From Dehalococcoidia bacterium (GTDB lineage: Bacteria; Chloroflexota; Dehalococcoidia; UBA6926), in the NCBI GenBank assembly GCA_965243495.1, contig CBDEUZ010000007.1, positions 295,743-359,742 of the forward strand: a stretch of 64,000 bases of DNA, written 5' to 3'. Below, piece after piece: positions 20,741 through 31,926 of the stretch. The translations under genes were made by a program, and so were the position numbers. The notes under the pieces were generated by a model, which had not been told where the DNA came from, ran no database searches, and worked only from the letters and a program-made list of their open reading frames with translations. Within the stretch, counting starts at the first letter, position 1; every line of letters starts with the position of its first letter.

Positions 20741-21298
20741 ATGATTGAGACGGGTGACCTGCGCCGCGGTGTGACCATTGAGATCGGCGGCACGCTCTAC
20801 CAACTACTCGATTTTCACCACCTTAAGATTGGACGCGGCTCCGCCCAAGTCCGCATGAAACTGCGCGACATCAAGGGCGGCCACACCATTGAGCGCACTG
20901 TCCAGGCCGGTGAACGCTTCACGCGCGCCACCCTTGAGACCCGCTCTGTCCAGTTCCTCTACAGCGAAGACGGCCTCTATCACTTCATGGACACCGAGTC
21001 CTTTGAGCAGTTCCCCGTCGACCGCGACCAAATCGAGGACTCACTGTCATATATGATCGAGAACATGAATCTTGAAATGGTCTTCTACCAGGACGCGCCC
21101 ATCGGCGTCGAACTCCCAACCACAGTGACCCTGAAAATCGTCGAGACGCCCCCCGCGTTCAAGGGCGATACCGCCAACGCCGGCACCAAACCCGCCACGT
21201 TGGAGACCGGTCTCGTCATCACCGTCCCCATGTTCGTCGAGAACGGCACCGCCGTCGTGGTTGACACGCGCACCGGCGACTACGTGGAGCGCGCCTAG
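20741..21298 (+). CDS. efp: elongation factor P
   Basis: 185 aa, GxxxxxGG...KxGRGSA loop (HLKIGRGSAQVRMKLRDIKGG). Confidence 0.95.
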   Translation: MIETGDLRRGVTIEIGGTLYQLLDFHHLKIGRGSAQVRMKLRDIKGGHTIERTVQAGERFTRATLETRSVQFLYSEDGLYHFMDTESFEQFPVDRDQIEDSLSYMIENMNLEMVFYQDAPIGVELPTTVTLKIVETPPAFKGDTANAGTKPATLETGLVITVPMFVENGTAVVVDTRTGDYVERA

Positions 21299-21354
21299 CT
21301 TACCCACTAATGATCCCCTCTCCATTGGGGAGAGGGTTAGGGTGAGGGTGCCTC

Positions 21355-22023
21355 ATGCGAGCAGACTTCCACATCCACACTCGCGTTTCGCCTGATTCAC
21401 AACTGACGCCTGAAGCCCTCATCCGCGCCTGCCAGCGCAAGGGCATCGACATCATCGCCGTCACGGACCACCACGCTATCCGTGGCGCGCTTGACGTCCG
21501 GGAAATCGCTCCATTCCCGGTCATTGTCGGTGCGGACCTCGAAACGGCTGACGGAGAAATCATTGGCCTGTTCCTTGAAGAGGACATCCCTCCCGGCCTC
21601 TCCGCCAGGGAGTCCGTCAAGCGCATCAAGGATCAGGGCGGCATTGTACAAATCCCCCATCCGTTTGACCGATTTCGCCGCAAGCACATCACCCTGCCCG
21701 CTCTGATGGACATACTTCCGGACGTGGACATCATCGAGGCGTTCAACGCTCGCACTACCCTCAAAGGCGACATCATGCGCGGCGTAGAGTTCATCCGCGA
21801 GCACCGGGAGCAATACAACATCCGGCCTGTCGGTGTCTCGGACGCCCACACGGCCCGTGAAATCGGCAGCGCCTATACGGATATCCCGGCATTCGAGGGA
21901 CGAGAGGATTTCATGGACGCCCTCCGCCACGCATCCATCCGCGGCAGGCGTACCACCCCCCTCATCCACCTCGCCACCCGCTGGACGGTGCTCAGCAAGA
22001 AAATAGGTTTGGCGCGCTCCTGA
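21355..22023 (+). CDS. PHP-domain phosphoesterase
   Basis: 222 aa, ADFHIHTRVSPDS ... IAVTDHH metal-binding motifs. Confidence 0.7.
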   Translation: MRADFHIHTRVSPDSQLTPEALIRACQRKGIDIIAVTDHHAIRGALDVREIAPFPVIVGADLETADGEIIGLFLEEDIPPGLSARESVKRIKDQGGIVQIPHPFDRFRRKHITLPALMDILPDVDIIEAFNARTTLKGDIMRGVEFIREHREQYNIRPVGVSDAHTAREIGSAYTDIPAFEGREDFMDALRHASIRGRRTTPLIHLATRWTVLSKKIGLARS

Positions 22024-22043
22024 TAAACGGCGACCGCTCCCGC

Positions 22044-23204
22044 TTACGCCAAATTACGCACCGCCGCGGCCAGCTGATCCACTTCCTCCTCCGTGTTGAA
22101 GAAATGCAATGAGGCGCGTACGCCCTCAGGATGCTCAATGTGGCGCACAACGATGCGATTGTGTTCCCAAAGATGATCGTCAAGCGCCTCCGGCTCCCAG
22201 CCCTCAACGGCAAATGAAACAAGGCCGGACGCCAGCGGCCCATCCTCCGGCGACAGCACGGTGACACGCGGTGATTCCCTTAGCTGGGCTTTCAGACGAG
22301 AGGCAAGCTGGAGGTTGCGCGCCTCGATATTGCCGACCCCTATCGGCTCGATAAAACGGGTAGCCTCAAGAAACGCCGCCTGCAGCGGGATGCTCCCTGA
22401 TCCTCCAAGGAACTTGTCCATGGTGTCGTGGTTCGGCACCATGTGGTCAGCCGTGACCGGCGATTCCATGTGCCGCCCGCCCGTGTGCGCGGGATGAACT
22501 TGCGGGATGAGTTCCCGTCGGATGTACAACACACCCGTACCCTCGAATCCAAGCATCCACTTCTGGCCGGGTATCGCGTAATAGTCATAGTCGCCCGCGA
22601 CCATATCCAGCGCGATATGCCCTGCCGTCTGCGCCCCGTCCAGTAGTATTTCCGCGCCGTTCTCATGTGCCATCCGCGCCAGCTGGGGCGCGGGCATCCG
22701 CATTCCGGTCGAATACTGGATATGGCTGATGAAAATGAGGCGCGTCCTCGGTGTCATGGCTGCCTGGAATTTCTCAAGGATGACGTCAGTCGGATCATGG
22801 GGATCCAGCGCGACGATACGAACGCTAACCCCGTAGCGCAGGCCAATCATCCACGCGGGCGCAAGCACGGAAGGATGCTCTAGGCTGCACGTGACGATCT
22901 CATCGCCCGGCTGCCAATCCAGCCCGCTCATGACGATATTCAGCCCTTCGGTCGTATTGCGTGTCAGAACGAGTTCCTCTTCCGAGACGTTCATCAGCCT
23001 GCCAACCGCCTGCAGGGCCTGCTCCCGAATCTCGCGCGCGGTCTCAATCACTCGCATACTGGCCGGCGGCTCCATCGCCTCCATATCAATGCGGCCCTTC
23101 AAAGCGTCGATCACCGACTGTGGCGAAGGCCCGGACCATCCCGTATTCATCCACACCTGCTGGCCTAACGCCGGAATCTGAGATCGAAGTTGTGCAACAT
23201 CCAT
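22044..23204 (-). CDS. class V aminotransferase / cysteine desulfurase-family PLP enzyme
   Basis: The ORF runs to 23273. The start at 23204 is preferred (GGGAGGGG Shine-Dalgarno, and it avoids overlap with the divergent gene). Fold-type I PLP features. Confidence 0.7.
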   Translation of the reverse strand: MDVAQLRSQIPALGQQVWMNTGWSGPSPQSVIDALKGRIDMEAMEPPASMRVIETAREIREQALQAVGRLMNVSEEELVLTRNTTEGLNIVMSGLDWQPGDEIVTCSLEHPSVLAPAWMIGLRYGVSVRIVALDPHDPTDVILEKFQAAMTPRTRLIFISHIQYSTGMRMPAPQLARMAHENGAEILLDGAQTAGHIALDMVAGDYDYYAIPGQKWMLGFEGTGVLYIRRELIPQVHPAHTGGRHMESPVTADHMVPNHDTMDKFLGGSGSIPLQAAFLEATRFIEPIGVGNIEARNLQLASRLKAQLRESPRVTVLSPEDGPLASGLVSFAVEGWEPEALDDHLWEHNRIVVRHIEHPEGVRASLHFFNTEEEVDQLAAAVRNLA

Positions 23205-23258
23205 GAGAAATCCCCTCCCGCGACTATCGTACACGGCATCGGGTGCTACGCTTAGCCA

Positions 23259-24089
23259 ATGGCGACCGACCACGAAACAGCATCTCGCGCGCCTCTTCGC
23301 CTAGGCTGGCTATCCACCGGACGTGGCCCCGGCTCTCGGGGACTCCTCGCAGCGGCGTACAAGGCGATCTCCAACGGCACTCTCAACGCATCTATCGACT
23401 ACGTCCTCTGTACCCGCGCACGCGGCGAGGCAGAGGGCAGCGATATGTTCCTCGACCAGGCTGAGAATTACGGCCTGACCACTGTTTCGCTCTCAATCCG
23501 GGACTATCGCCAACATCGTGCCAACGACCCCGCGTGGCGAGACCGCTACAACACCGATCTGCTATCCGCCGTTCAGCACAGACCCGTTGATGCGCTTGTC
23601 TTTGCAGGCCTCATGCTCGTCGTAAGCGAGGAAATCGTTAATGCCTTCCCCGCCCTCAACCTTCACCCCGCCCTCCCCGGCGGGCCCGTAGGCGCGTGGC
23701 AGGACGTGATATGGGAACTCATCCGACGGGACGCGATTGAGACAGGCGTCATGGTGCAGCTATCGACTGCAGAGGTCGATAAGGGGCCTGTGATCGCATG
23801 GTGCCGCTTTCCAATTCGCGGGCCGGAGTTCGACAGCCTCTGGGATGAAGTCGCAGGACAGTCTGTCGACATCCTGCGCCAAAAACATGGAGAGGATCAC
23901 CCTCTGTTCACCAGAATCCGCCAGGAAGGCCTGCGACGAGAACCGCACACACTCGTCGAGGCACTGCATCAGATAGCCAACGGCAACGTGCAGATTGACG
24001 GCGGCGTTGTACGGAACACCAACGGCCAACTGCTCGAAAACGGCCTTGATATCACGGAGAAAATCGAAACGGCAATCAGAGATGACTGA
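23259..24089 (+). CDS. formyltransferase-family protein (PurN-like N-terminal domain)
   Basis: 276 aa, LNLHPALPGGPVGAW resembles the PurN NIHPSLLP motif. It is divergent from the conventional PurN length. Confidence 0.5.
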   Translation: MATDHETASRAPLRLGWLSTGRGPGSRGLLAAAYKAISNGTLNASIDYVLCTRARGEAEGSDMFLDQAENYGLTTVSLSIRDYRQHRANDPAWRDRYNTDLLSAVQHRPVDALVFAGLMLVVSEEIVNAFPALNLHPALPGGPVGAWQDVIWELIRRDAIETGVMVQLSTAEVDKGPVIAWCRFPIRGPEFDSLWDEVAGQSVDILRQKHGEDHPLFTRIRQEGLRREPHTLVEALHQIANGNVQIDGGVVRNTNGQLLENGLDITEKIETAIRDD

Positions 24090-24228
24090 CCACCGTCATT
24101 TTCCACAACTACCCGTCATTCGCGCGAAAGCGGGAATCTTGATCCGGGAATGCAACCCCTCGCGGTAACGCCGACCGCCAGACCCCCCCCCCTCCCTCTG
24201 GGAGAGGGTTGGAGTTAGAGCAAAAGCC

Positions 24229-25566
24229 CTAGGCGCTCTCCTCTTCCGGTCTGAGGGTCACCGTCGCGCCCTGTGCATTGAACAGCAGCGGCGGAACCTT
24301 GTTGTGAATGGTGTCGGCGGTAATCAGGCAGCGCGTGATGCCCTCCATGCTCGGAAGCTCATACATCACGTCCAGCAGGACTTCCTCCACCACCGTCCGC
24401 AGCCCGCGCGCGCCTGTCTTCTGTGACAGCGCACGATCCGCCACTGCCTCCAGCGCCTCATCGGTGAATTCTAGGGTCACGCCATCCTGCCCCAGAAGGC
24501 TCGCATACTGCTTCACCAGCGCGTTCTTCGGCTTCGTCAGCACTTCGAGCAGATCGGGCTTCTGCAACGGATCAAGTGCAACTGCCAACGGCATCCGTCC
24601 CACGAACTCCGGAATCATGCCGTACGCGAGAATATCGTCGTGGCTTAGCTGAGCCATCACGCGACTGCGCTCCGCCGGATCATCCGCCATTCGCTCAGAT
24701 CCGAACCCGATGCTCCGCTTGTCCTTGTTCACGCGGGCGGCAATTATCTCATCCATTCCCTCGAACGCCCCGCCGCAAATGAACAGGATGCCGTGGGTGT
24801 CGATCTGAATAAACTCTTGCTGTGGATGCTTGCGTCCCCCCTGCGGCGGCACGTTCGCCGTGCATCCCTCAACAATCTTCAGCAGCGCCTGCTGAACGCC
24901 CTCTCCGGACACATCACGCGTCACTGAGGGGTTCGCGTTCTTGCGCGCCGTCTTATCGATCTCATCAATGTAGATGATGCCCCGTTGGGCCTTCGAAACG
25001 TCATAATCTGCCGCCTGGATCAGGCGGAGCAGGATGTTCTCCACATCCTCCCCGACGTACCCCGCCTCCGTCAGCGACGTTGCATCGGCTATGGCGAACG
25101 GCACGTTCAGGATGCGTGCCAACGTCTGCGCCAGGAGCGTCTTGCCGCTCCCTGTGGGTCCGACGAGCAAAATGTTTGTCTTGTCCAACTCGACGTCCGG
25201 CGTCTCCTCGTTCTTGACACTACTGCGCTTGTAGTGGTTGTAGACGCCAACGCTGAGCACGCGCTTGGCGCGCTCCTGCCCGATAACGAACTCACTCAGC
25301 AGGCTGTAGATCTCTTTCGGAGCGGGGATCGGCTGCGCCTCTTCTTGCTGCTCCTGCTCCTCATCCACCGCCTGTTCGCGGCCCTTTCCACGAGGCTTAC
25401 CCTCAAGGATGCGCAGGCAGACATGAACGCACTCGTCGCAGATGTACGCCTTGTGATCCGGTCCGGCCAAAAGTCTGACCGTCCCCTCCGGCTTGCCGCA
25501 GAAGGAACACCGATGCGGCCCATCTCCCTGGCCGCCGTTTCGTCGACCGTTAGTCTCGTCCACCAT
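24229..25566 (-). CDS. clpX: ATP-dependent Clp protease ATP-binding subunit ClpX
   Basis: 445 aa. Zn-binding CSFCGK...CDEC and Walker [19 protein letters not shown]. Confidence 0.95.
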   Translation of the reverse strand: MVDETNGRRNGGQGDGPHRCSFCGKPEGTVRLLAGPDHKAYICDECVHVCLRILEGKPRGKGREQAVDEEQEQQEEAQPIPAPKEIYSLLSEFVIGQERAKRVLSVGVYNHYKRSSVKNEETPDVELDKTNILLVGPTGSGKTLLAQTLARILNVPFAIADATSLTEAGYVGEDVENILLRLIQAADYDVSKAQRGIIYIDEIDKTARKNANPSVTRDVSGEGVQQALLKIVEGCTANVPPQGGRKHPQQEFIQIDTHGILFICGGAFEGMDEIIAARVNKDKRSIGFGSERMADDPAERSRVMAQLSHDDILAYGMIPEFVGRMPLAVALDPLQKPDLLEVLTKPKNALVKQYASLLGQDGVTLEFTDEALEAVADRALSQKTGARGLRTVVEEVLLDVMYELPSMEGITRCLITADTIHNKVPPLLFNAQGATVTLRPEEESA

Positions 25567-25646
25567 GCCCGTGCCTTTACTCCTCCCCAGCAGCCGAGTT
25601 TAAGGCAACCCCCGGCCCGTCCCGTACGGGCCTCTATCTCTGGCAG

Positions 25647-26321
25647 TTACGCAGCGCTGGCGTCGTCGCTCTCGCCCTCCGGCCCCGCGAGCACTTCATC
25701 AACAATGCCGTACTCCTTGGCCTGGTCCGCGGTGAGATAGTAGTCGCGATCCATGTCGCGCGCCACTTTCTCCACCGGCTGCCCGGAATGTCGCGACAGA
25801 ATACCACGGATGATCTCCTGCAGACGCAGGATCTCACGCGCCGCAATCTCAATATCCGCCGCCTGCCCTTGCGCGCCGCCCATAGCCTGGTGCATGTGAA
25901 TCGTCGAATTAGGCAGGGCGTATCGCTTGCCTGCCGCGCCTGCGCACAGCAGCACCGTCGCCATGCTCGCCGCCATCCCCACGCAGATCGTGGAAACGTC
26001 CGCCCGAATCAGGCGGATGGTGTCATAGATGGCCAGGCCGGATGTGATGACGCCGCCCGGGCTGCTGATATACAGCGAGATGTCCTTGTCAGGATCCTCC
26101 CTGTCCAGGTAGAGCAACTGCGCCACAACAAGATTTGCAACCTGGTCGTTGATTGGAGTGCCAAGAAAGATGATCCTCTCCTTGAGCAGGAGGGAGTAGA
26201 TGTCAAACGCTCGCTCGCCTCGCGCCCCGGTCTCAATCACCATCGGCACGATGCCTTGCGGTCCCGCCGGCACGATTCCCTGCGGCAATCCCTCGCCCGT
26301 TCCGCCTGTCCACGTTGTCAT
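25647..26321 (-). CDS. clpP: ATP-dependent Clp protease proteolytic subunit ClpP
   Basis: 224 aa, [16 protein letters not shown] ... YISSPGG catalytic Ser region. Confidence 0.95.
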   Translation of the reverse strand: MTTWTGGTGEGLPQGIVPAGPQGIVPMVIETGARGERAFDIYSLLLKERIIFLGTPINDQVANLVVAQLLYLDREDPDKDISLYISSPGGVITSGLAIYDTIRLIRADVSTICVGMAASMATVLLCAGAAGKRYALPNSTIHMHQAMGGAQGQAADIEIAAREILRLQEIIRGILSRHSGQPVEKVARDMDRDYYLTADQAKEYGIVDEVLAGPEGESDDASAA

Positions 26322-26369
26322 GTCGCTAACTCTCCTCTGACGTTTCCGCTGGGCCGATGCCCGCAGGTG

Positions 26370-27854
26370 CTACTCGTCCTCGTTATCTGTATCCTCGTCG
26401 GCGTCCGTTTCCGTCTCAGTCTCGACGGCGTCCTCAGATCCGTCGCGCTCTCCTCGCGCGATCTCTACCAGCATATCCATTGTCTTACGCGCGACAATCC
26501 TACGCTGCACGCTCTCGCGCGCCGCCTCGCTCTCAAATACCTGCCGCGCTTGCTCCTGTGTCGCCTCATCCTGTTGCGCGCCGACGACTTCAGCAATGTC
26601 CCCGTTGATTTCCTCGTCTGACGCCTCAATGCCTTTCGACTCAGCTAGGTTCGTTATCAACAGTCCACGCAGAATGCGCTGTTCTGCCTGCGGGCGAACT
26701 GAGTCGCGCAGCTGCTCAACGTCCTGGCCCGTCGTCTGCATGTAGGCAGTGAGCGACATTCCCATACCCCGCATCTGCTGATCCTGATCCTGCAGAATGC
26801 GGTCAATCTCCAGATCGACGACGATAGGCGGATACGTCACAGTGGCCGCCTCGGCGAACTTGTCAAGGATATTCTCCTCGTACTCCGCGCGAGCCTGCGC
26901 TTCCGTCCGTTCCGTCAGATCAGACCGGATCCGATCCCGTAAGGCCTCCACCGTCTCGAACTCATCGTCACCGAAACCCTCGACGCCTTGCGCCCATTCA
27001 TCATCGAGTTCCGGCAGATTCTGCTCCTTGACCTCGCGTACTGTCACCGTGAAATGCGCGTCCTTGCCGTTCAGATTGCGAACTGTGAAATCGTCCGGCA
27101 CGGAGATCGTGAATTCCTTGGTCTCCTCCGCGCTCATACCGACAAGTTCTTCGGGCACCCCGGGTGCGGGATAAGTCACGCCCTCTTGCACCATGTAGCT
27201 GATGCCTGTCTCCTCCACGAATACGCGTCGGCCCGGTACCTCCGGCTCACTCTCAGAGTCAGCACTGTCGTCAGATTCAGACTCGGACTCCGCATCAGCA
27301 TCGTCGTCGTCAGTTTCCGCCGCGTCCTCCGGATCCTCGTCCACATATCCGTGCATGTCGACGGTCAGCAGATCACCGAGTTGGACATCCCGCTCCACCG
27401 GTTCCCACGGAGAGCCCTGACGACGCAGGTTAGTCAGCACGTCCTCAATCTGCTCGTCCGTGACCTCCGGCTCCTCCCAGTCGACGCGAAGAGACTCATA
27501 ATCCCCAAGCTCAACCTCCGGGCGCAGCGAGATTGTTGCCCGAAACCTAACGGGATTAATAGATTCCACGTCTGTCACCTGCGGCGGCGCGATGGGCTCA
27601 AGCTCCTGCTTCTCCACCGCGTCTGCCACGGACCGCTCCAGCAATCCCTCCATATCATCTTGGAGCAGCGTTTCCGTCCCGATGTGGCGTTCCAAAATCG
27701 CGCGCGGCGTCTTGCCCTTCCGAAATCCCGGGATAACGTACCGTTGCACAAGCCGCCGGTACGCCCGCTGCTTGTGATCCTCAATCTCCGCCTCTTCCAA
27801 CTCAATAACCAGCCCAATCTGGCGGTCAGGCATATCTTCAGTCGTTATCTTCAC
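26370..27854 (-). CDS. tig: trigger factor, with acidic low-complexity insertions
   Basis: 494 aa. N-terminal ribosome-binding motif GFRKGKTP, in tig-clpP-clpX order. Carries an Asp/Glu/Ser-rich insertion and a C-terminal acidic tail. Confidence 0.9.
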   Translation of the reverse strand: MKITTEDMPDRQIGLVIELEEAEIEDHKQRAYRRLVQRYVIPGFRKGKTPRAILERHIGTETLLQDDMEGLLERSVADAVEKQELEPIAPPQVTDVESINPVRFRATISLRPEVELGDYESLRVDWEEPEVTDEQIEDVLTNLRRQGSPWEPVERDVQLGDLLTVDMHGYVDEDPEDAAETDDDDADAESESESDDSADSESEPEVPGRRVFVEETGISYMVQEGVTYPAPGVPEELVGMSAEETKEFTISVPDDFTVRNLNGKDAHFTVTVREVKEQNLPELDDEWAQGVEGFGDDEFETVEALRDRIRSDLTERTEAQARAEYEENILDKFAEAATVTYPPIVVDLEIDRILQDQDQQMRGMGMSLTAYMQTTGQDVEQLRDSVRPQAEQRILRGLLITNLAESKGIEASDEEINGDIAEVVGAQQDEATQEQARQVFESEAARESVQRRIVARKTMDMLVEIARGERDGSEDAVETETETDADEDTDNEDE

Positions 27855-28001
27855 GCGTGGAAACTCCCTATTGGGGCTGGCTCTGAGGCAGGAACCACAT
27901 TATACAACCGCCCCACCAGTCACTACCGTCTCTCACCCGTCATTCCCGCGAACGCGGGAATCTGAATCGCGCTCCGTCCTCCAACCCCGTAACGCCTGCC
28001 C

Positions 28002-29810
28002 TCATTCCTGCGCAGCCTCCCGTAGCCGCAGATTGAGATCGATGAGCTGTTGCTCGTCCACCGTTGAGGGCGCGCTCATCATCAGGTCTTGCGCCGATTG
28101 CGTCTTCGGGAACGGAATCACCTCACGGATATTTGGTTCCCCCGCCAGCACCATCACTGTCCGGTCGATACCCGGCGCGAATCCCCCATGCGGAGGCACG
28201 CCGTACTCGAACGCCTCAAGCATATGCCCGAATCGCTCTTGAATCTCGTCCGGCGAATGCCCCAGCAGCGCGAATATCCTGTCTTGCAGTTCGCGATCAT
28301 GGATCCTGATCGACCCCGAACCCAGCTCAATCCCGTTCACCACCAGGTCATACGCCCGTGACCGAACCGCCGTCGGTGATTCCTCCAATTGGTGCGCATC
28401 ATCAGGCACCGGCGCGGTGAACGGATGATGCACGGAGTTCAGACTGCCCTCTTCATCCCCCGCCTCGAACAGCGGAAACTCCGTCACGAACGCAAACATC
28501 AGCTCATCCGGATTAGCAAGCTCCAGCCGCTCTCCCAACTCCATCCGCAGTGCGCTTAGTGATGCGCTCACGGTATCCTCATGCGCCGCCACGATAAGCA
28601 GCAGATCACCCGCCGAGGCCCCCATCACGCCCGCAATCGACCGCACGGTCTCGATCTCCAGATGCCGTGCCAAAGCCGAGCGCACGTTATCCGGCTGCAG
28701 ATCGGAAACTGCCGTCCCCGCCTCCGCGTCTAGCCCAATCGTTGCCAGCCCCCGCGCCCCCTGCCCGCGCACGATCTCTGTCAGATTCTCAAGCTCGCGC
28801 CGGCTGTACCCCCCGCAACCCGGCGCGACGATTCCCCGCACCGTCCCGCCCGCCTCTGCAAGCGCCGACGTGAACACGCCCACGCCACTGTCGGCCACGA
28901 TGCTCGAAATATCCGTGATTTCCATCCCGAAACGCAGGTCAGGCTTGTCCGATCCGAACCGCCGCATCGCCTCCGCATATGTCATCCGCGGAAACGGCGA
29001 TGTCACTCGCTTCTCCGGGGCAGTCGCGTGGGCCAGTCCCGTATAAAGCTCCTCCATAAGGTCCAGCACGTCCGTCTCGTCGACGAAGCTCATCTCCAGG
29101 TCAAGTTGCGTGAACTCCGGCTGCCGGTCCGCCCGCTGATCCTCATCGCGGAAGCACCGCGCAATCTGGAAATACCGCTCCACCCCCGCAACCATCAGCA
29201 GCTGCTTCAACTGTTGCGGCGACTGCGGCAGCGCATAGAAATGGCCGGGGTGAACTCGTGAAGGCACAAGATAGTCTCGTGCCCCCTCCGGCGTGCTCTT
29301 CATCAGCATGGGCGTCTCGACTTCCAGGAAGCCGCGACCGTCAAGGAAGTCGCGGATATACTTCACGACGCGATGCCGCAGCGCGAGATTCGCCGCCATC
29401 CGCTCCCGCCGCAGATCGAGGTACCGATACCGCAGCCGCAGCGACTCATCGACGTCCGATTCCTCATTGATATAGAAAGGTGGCGTCTTGGACGGATTTA
29501 GCACCGTCACTTCGCTCACATGGACCTCGATGCCGCCCGTCGCGATGCGCGGATTCTCCGTGCCCGCCGGACGAACTTGCACTTCGCCTGTGATGGCCAC
29601 CACCCACTCATTCCGCAGCGCGTCTGCGGATTGGTACGCCGACTCCGCCGTCGATGGATCAACCACAACCTGCACCAACCCGGTGCGGTCTCGCACGTCA
29701 AGGAAGATCAACCCGCCGTGGTCGCGCCGACGGTGAACCCACCCCGCCAGTTTCACGCGCTGGCCGGCGTCGGCAGTCGTCAATTCACCGCAGTTATGTG
29801 ATTTCAGCAT
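28002..29810 (-). CDS. aspS: aspartate--tRNA ligase
   Basis: 602 aa, OB-fold N-terminus, class II motifs and the GAD insertion. Confidence 0.95.
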   Translation of the reverse strand: MLKSHNCGELTTADAGQRVKLAGWVHRRRDHGGLIFLDVRDRTGLVQVVVDPSTAESAYQSADALRNEWVVAITGEVQVRPAGTENPRIATGGIEVHVSEVTVLNPSKTPPFYINEESDVDESLRLRYRYLDLRRERMAANLALRHRVVKYIRDFLDGRGFLEVETPMLMKSTPEGARDYLVPSRVHPGHFYALPQSPQQLKQLLMVAGVERYFQIARCFRDEDQRADRQPEFTQLDLEMSFVDETDVLDLMEELYTGLAHATAPEKRVTSPFPRMTYAEAMRRFGSDKPDLRFGMEITDISSIVADSGVGVFTSALAEAGGTVRGIVAPGCGGYSRRELENLTEIVRGQGARGLATIGLDAEAGTAVSDLQPDNVRSALARHLEIETVRSIAGVMGASAGDLLLIVAAHEDTVSASLSALRMELGERLELANPDELMFAFVTEFPLFEAGDEEGSLNSVHHPFTAPVPDDAHQLEESPTAVRSRAYDLVVNGIELGSGSIRIHDRELQDRIFALLGHSPDEIQERFGHMLEAFEYGVPPHGGFAPGIDRTVMVLAGEPNIREVIPFPKTQSAQDLMMSAPSTVDEQQLIDLNLRLREAAQE

Positions 29811-29993
29811 TGGGCAAGCAAATGAGAGTGATTCACCGGGAATCGCCGGACGGCGCTCAAGACCGCCGATACCGACGTATCAATCATAGCACCCACCCCT
29901 TCGTCATTCCCCTGCGTGACACGGGAATCCAGTGCGGCGCACACCGCCGCCTCCCCCTTGACGGGGGAGGGTTAGCGCGTTGTGGGTCCCGGC

Positions 29994-31856
29994 CTAATTG
30001 GAGACGTCGGGCAGGTCATCGTAGTAGCGCGACGTGAAGAGCAGCCCGTCGTAGCGGATAGCCCAAACGTGAGCGTACAAAGTCTCCGAAGACCTGGTGT
30101 TGGGGAAGACGAAGTTGACCCAGATTCCCTCATCCGTGGCCGCCGCCATCTCTTCGCCGACGTTCCGAGCGGCGCCGGCGCCAACGGTCTTTAGGTCCGT
30201 GCCGATGAGGTGTGGTGAGAGTATGGCTACTCGCACGATGTCATCCTCATCAGCCATTGTCAGATTCCATTGGCCGTCAACACTGTCCGCAGTGTTGTAA
30301 TGAGCAATCGTAGCGTCCAGGCCGTTGGCCACGTAGTAGTCGATGGCACTCTGCACGTATGCCCTGGTCTCGGCCGCTGGGTCGTCAACACGGACGTAGT
30401 AGCCCGAAGCGAAGAGCAGCCCGTCGTGGCGCACTGCATACCCCACCTTCGGAACTTCCTTGAGCGTCACCGGATGAGGCCACAGGTACTCAACCCAGAC
30501 TCCTTCACCACCGTCCTCGGCCTTGGCCAATTCATTGCCCAATTCGTAGCCGTCTGAACCCACCACGTCCTTGATATCCGTGCCAATCAGCTCGGGGATC
30601 AGGGGGTGGACATGATAGACGTCGTTTTCGTCAGTGGCGAACAGGTACCATTCGCCTTCGAAGCTGGCAACACTGTTGTAGTAGTTGAGCATGGATTGCA
30701 GCCCGTCGCGCTCATAACGCGCTATCGCCTGCTCCACATAAGTCACCGTGTATTCCCTCGGATCGACACCCTGCCAGGCCGGAGTGCCGGACTCAACACC
30801 ACCGGTGTAGTAGCCGGAGGCGAAAATCAGCCCGTCATGGCGGACGGCCCACGTAACCTTTTGCTGTTCCTTGCGGGATGTGGGATGAGGCCACAGGTAT
30901 TCTACCCAGATGCCCTCCTCAGTGGCCTCGGCAATCTCGTTGCCCAGCTCCTGTCCGTCCGAGCCGACCACGTCCTTGATGTCCGTGCCGATCAGATGCG
31001 GGAAGATGGGATGGGCCAGGTAGTTGTCGTCCTCGCCGATGAGGAAAAGGTAGAACTGGCCGTTTAGGCTGTCCTGGTTGTTGTAGTAAGCGATAGTGGC
31101 GTCCAGGCCGTCCTCTTCATACTTGGCGATGGCCCTGTCAACGTACTCCTTGGTTGAGCTCGCCACGTCTTCCGTCAGGGCGGAGTGAGTGGCAGCGAAA
31201 AGCAGGCCGTTGTGAAGGACGGCATAGAGTCTCCGCGGTTCCACCAGCTTGGTGACCGGGTTGAGGCCTCGGGTCGTAATCCAGTAGCCATCTTCGGTGG
31301 CGACGGTTGTAAGCCACTGGAGTCCGGACAATGTCGAGCCGGGACCGACGAATTGGCCCTCCAGGGAGGGGAGAGCGCTGTACACCAGCACAACGTTTTC
31401 TTCGATGTCTATGATTGTTAGCGGCCGACCGTTTTCTATGCCGGCTTCAGATCGATATCGCATGAGGGTGGCCTCAAGGCCGTTCGCGTCGTAATAGTCC
31501 ACGGCGCTCTCCACGAAGGCAAGGGTGAGCGCATCGTCTTGACTGGCCTGCTCGGGCGTCGCCGGCTCGGGCGTCACAACCGCCACGCGATCCGGCGCCC
31601 GTGTCGCAGTGGGTTCGGGCGCTTCGGTGGCGGCGGGTTCGGGCATAGAGGTTGCAGTTGGCGGAGGCTCCGCGGCCACGGTGGGCGGGGGAACATTGGT
31701 CGCGGGGGGCACAGGGGCGACGGTGGGGTCATCCTCGCCGCAGGCAACGGCAAAAATAGCGAGAGAAGCCACAACCAGAAGCAGGAACAAGACGGTTGGG
31801 ATTCGCTTGGCCAGCAAGCTGGCGGGGTTCGACTTGCTCTCTTGCTCGGTTCTCAT
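29994..31856 (-). CDS. lipoprotein with four tandem sCache_2-like (single Cache) extracytoplasmic sensor domains, no output domain
   Basis: 620 aa. Signal peptide plus a Cys lipobox (IFAVAC), a Pro/Thr/Ala-rich linker, then four ~115-aa repeats. Each repeat carries Y..AI..Y...G......YY.......G.WYLF...D.....HP..P.LIGTD.KD..GSDG.ELG.........G.WVEY.WP.P.......KV.YA...DGL.FASGYY, matching the Cache fold signature. Confidence 0.6.
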   Translation of the reverse strand: MRTEQESKSNPASLLAKRIPTVLFLLLVVASLAIFAVACGEDDPTVAPVPPATNVPPPTVAAEPPPTATSMPEPAATEAPEPTATRAPDRVAVVTPEPATPEQASQDDALTLAFVESAVDYYDANGLEATLMRYRSEAGIENGRPLTIIDIEENVVLVYSALPSLEGQFVGPGSTLSGLQWLTTVATEDGYWITTRGLNPVTKLVEPRRLYAVLHNGLLFAATHSALTEDVASSTKEYVDRAIAKYEEDGLDATIAYYNNQDSLNGQFYLFLIGEDDNYLAHPIFPHLIGTDIKDVVGSDGQELGNEIAEATEEGIWVEYLWPHPTSRKEQQKVTWAVRHDGLIFASGYYTGGVESGTPAWQGVDPREYTVTYVEQAIARYERDGLQSMLNYYNSVASFEGEWYLFATDENDVYHVHPLIPELIGTDIKDVVGSDGYELGNELAKAEDGGEGVWVEYLWPHPVTLKEVPKVGYAVRHDGLLFASGYYVRVDDPAAETRAYVQSAIDYYVANGLDATIAHYNTADSVDGQWNLTMADEDDIVRVAILSPHLIGTDLKTVGAGAARNVGEEMAAATDEGIWVNFVFPNTRSSETLYAHVWAIRYDGLLFTSRYYDDLPDVSN

Positions 31857-31926
31857 TAAATGTGTACCTCTTCCTTAATATGTTCCCTATATCCATAGTA
31901 TCATTCAGATACTGAGAATAGGCTGA

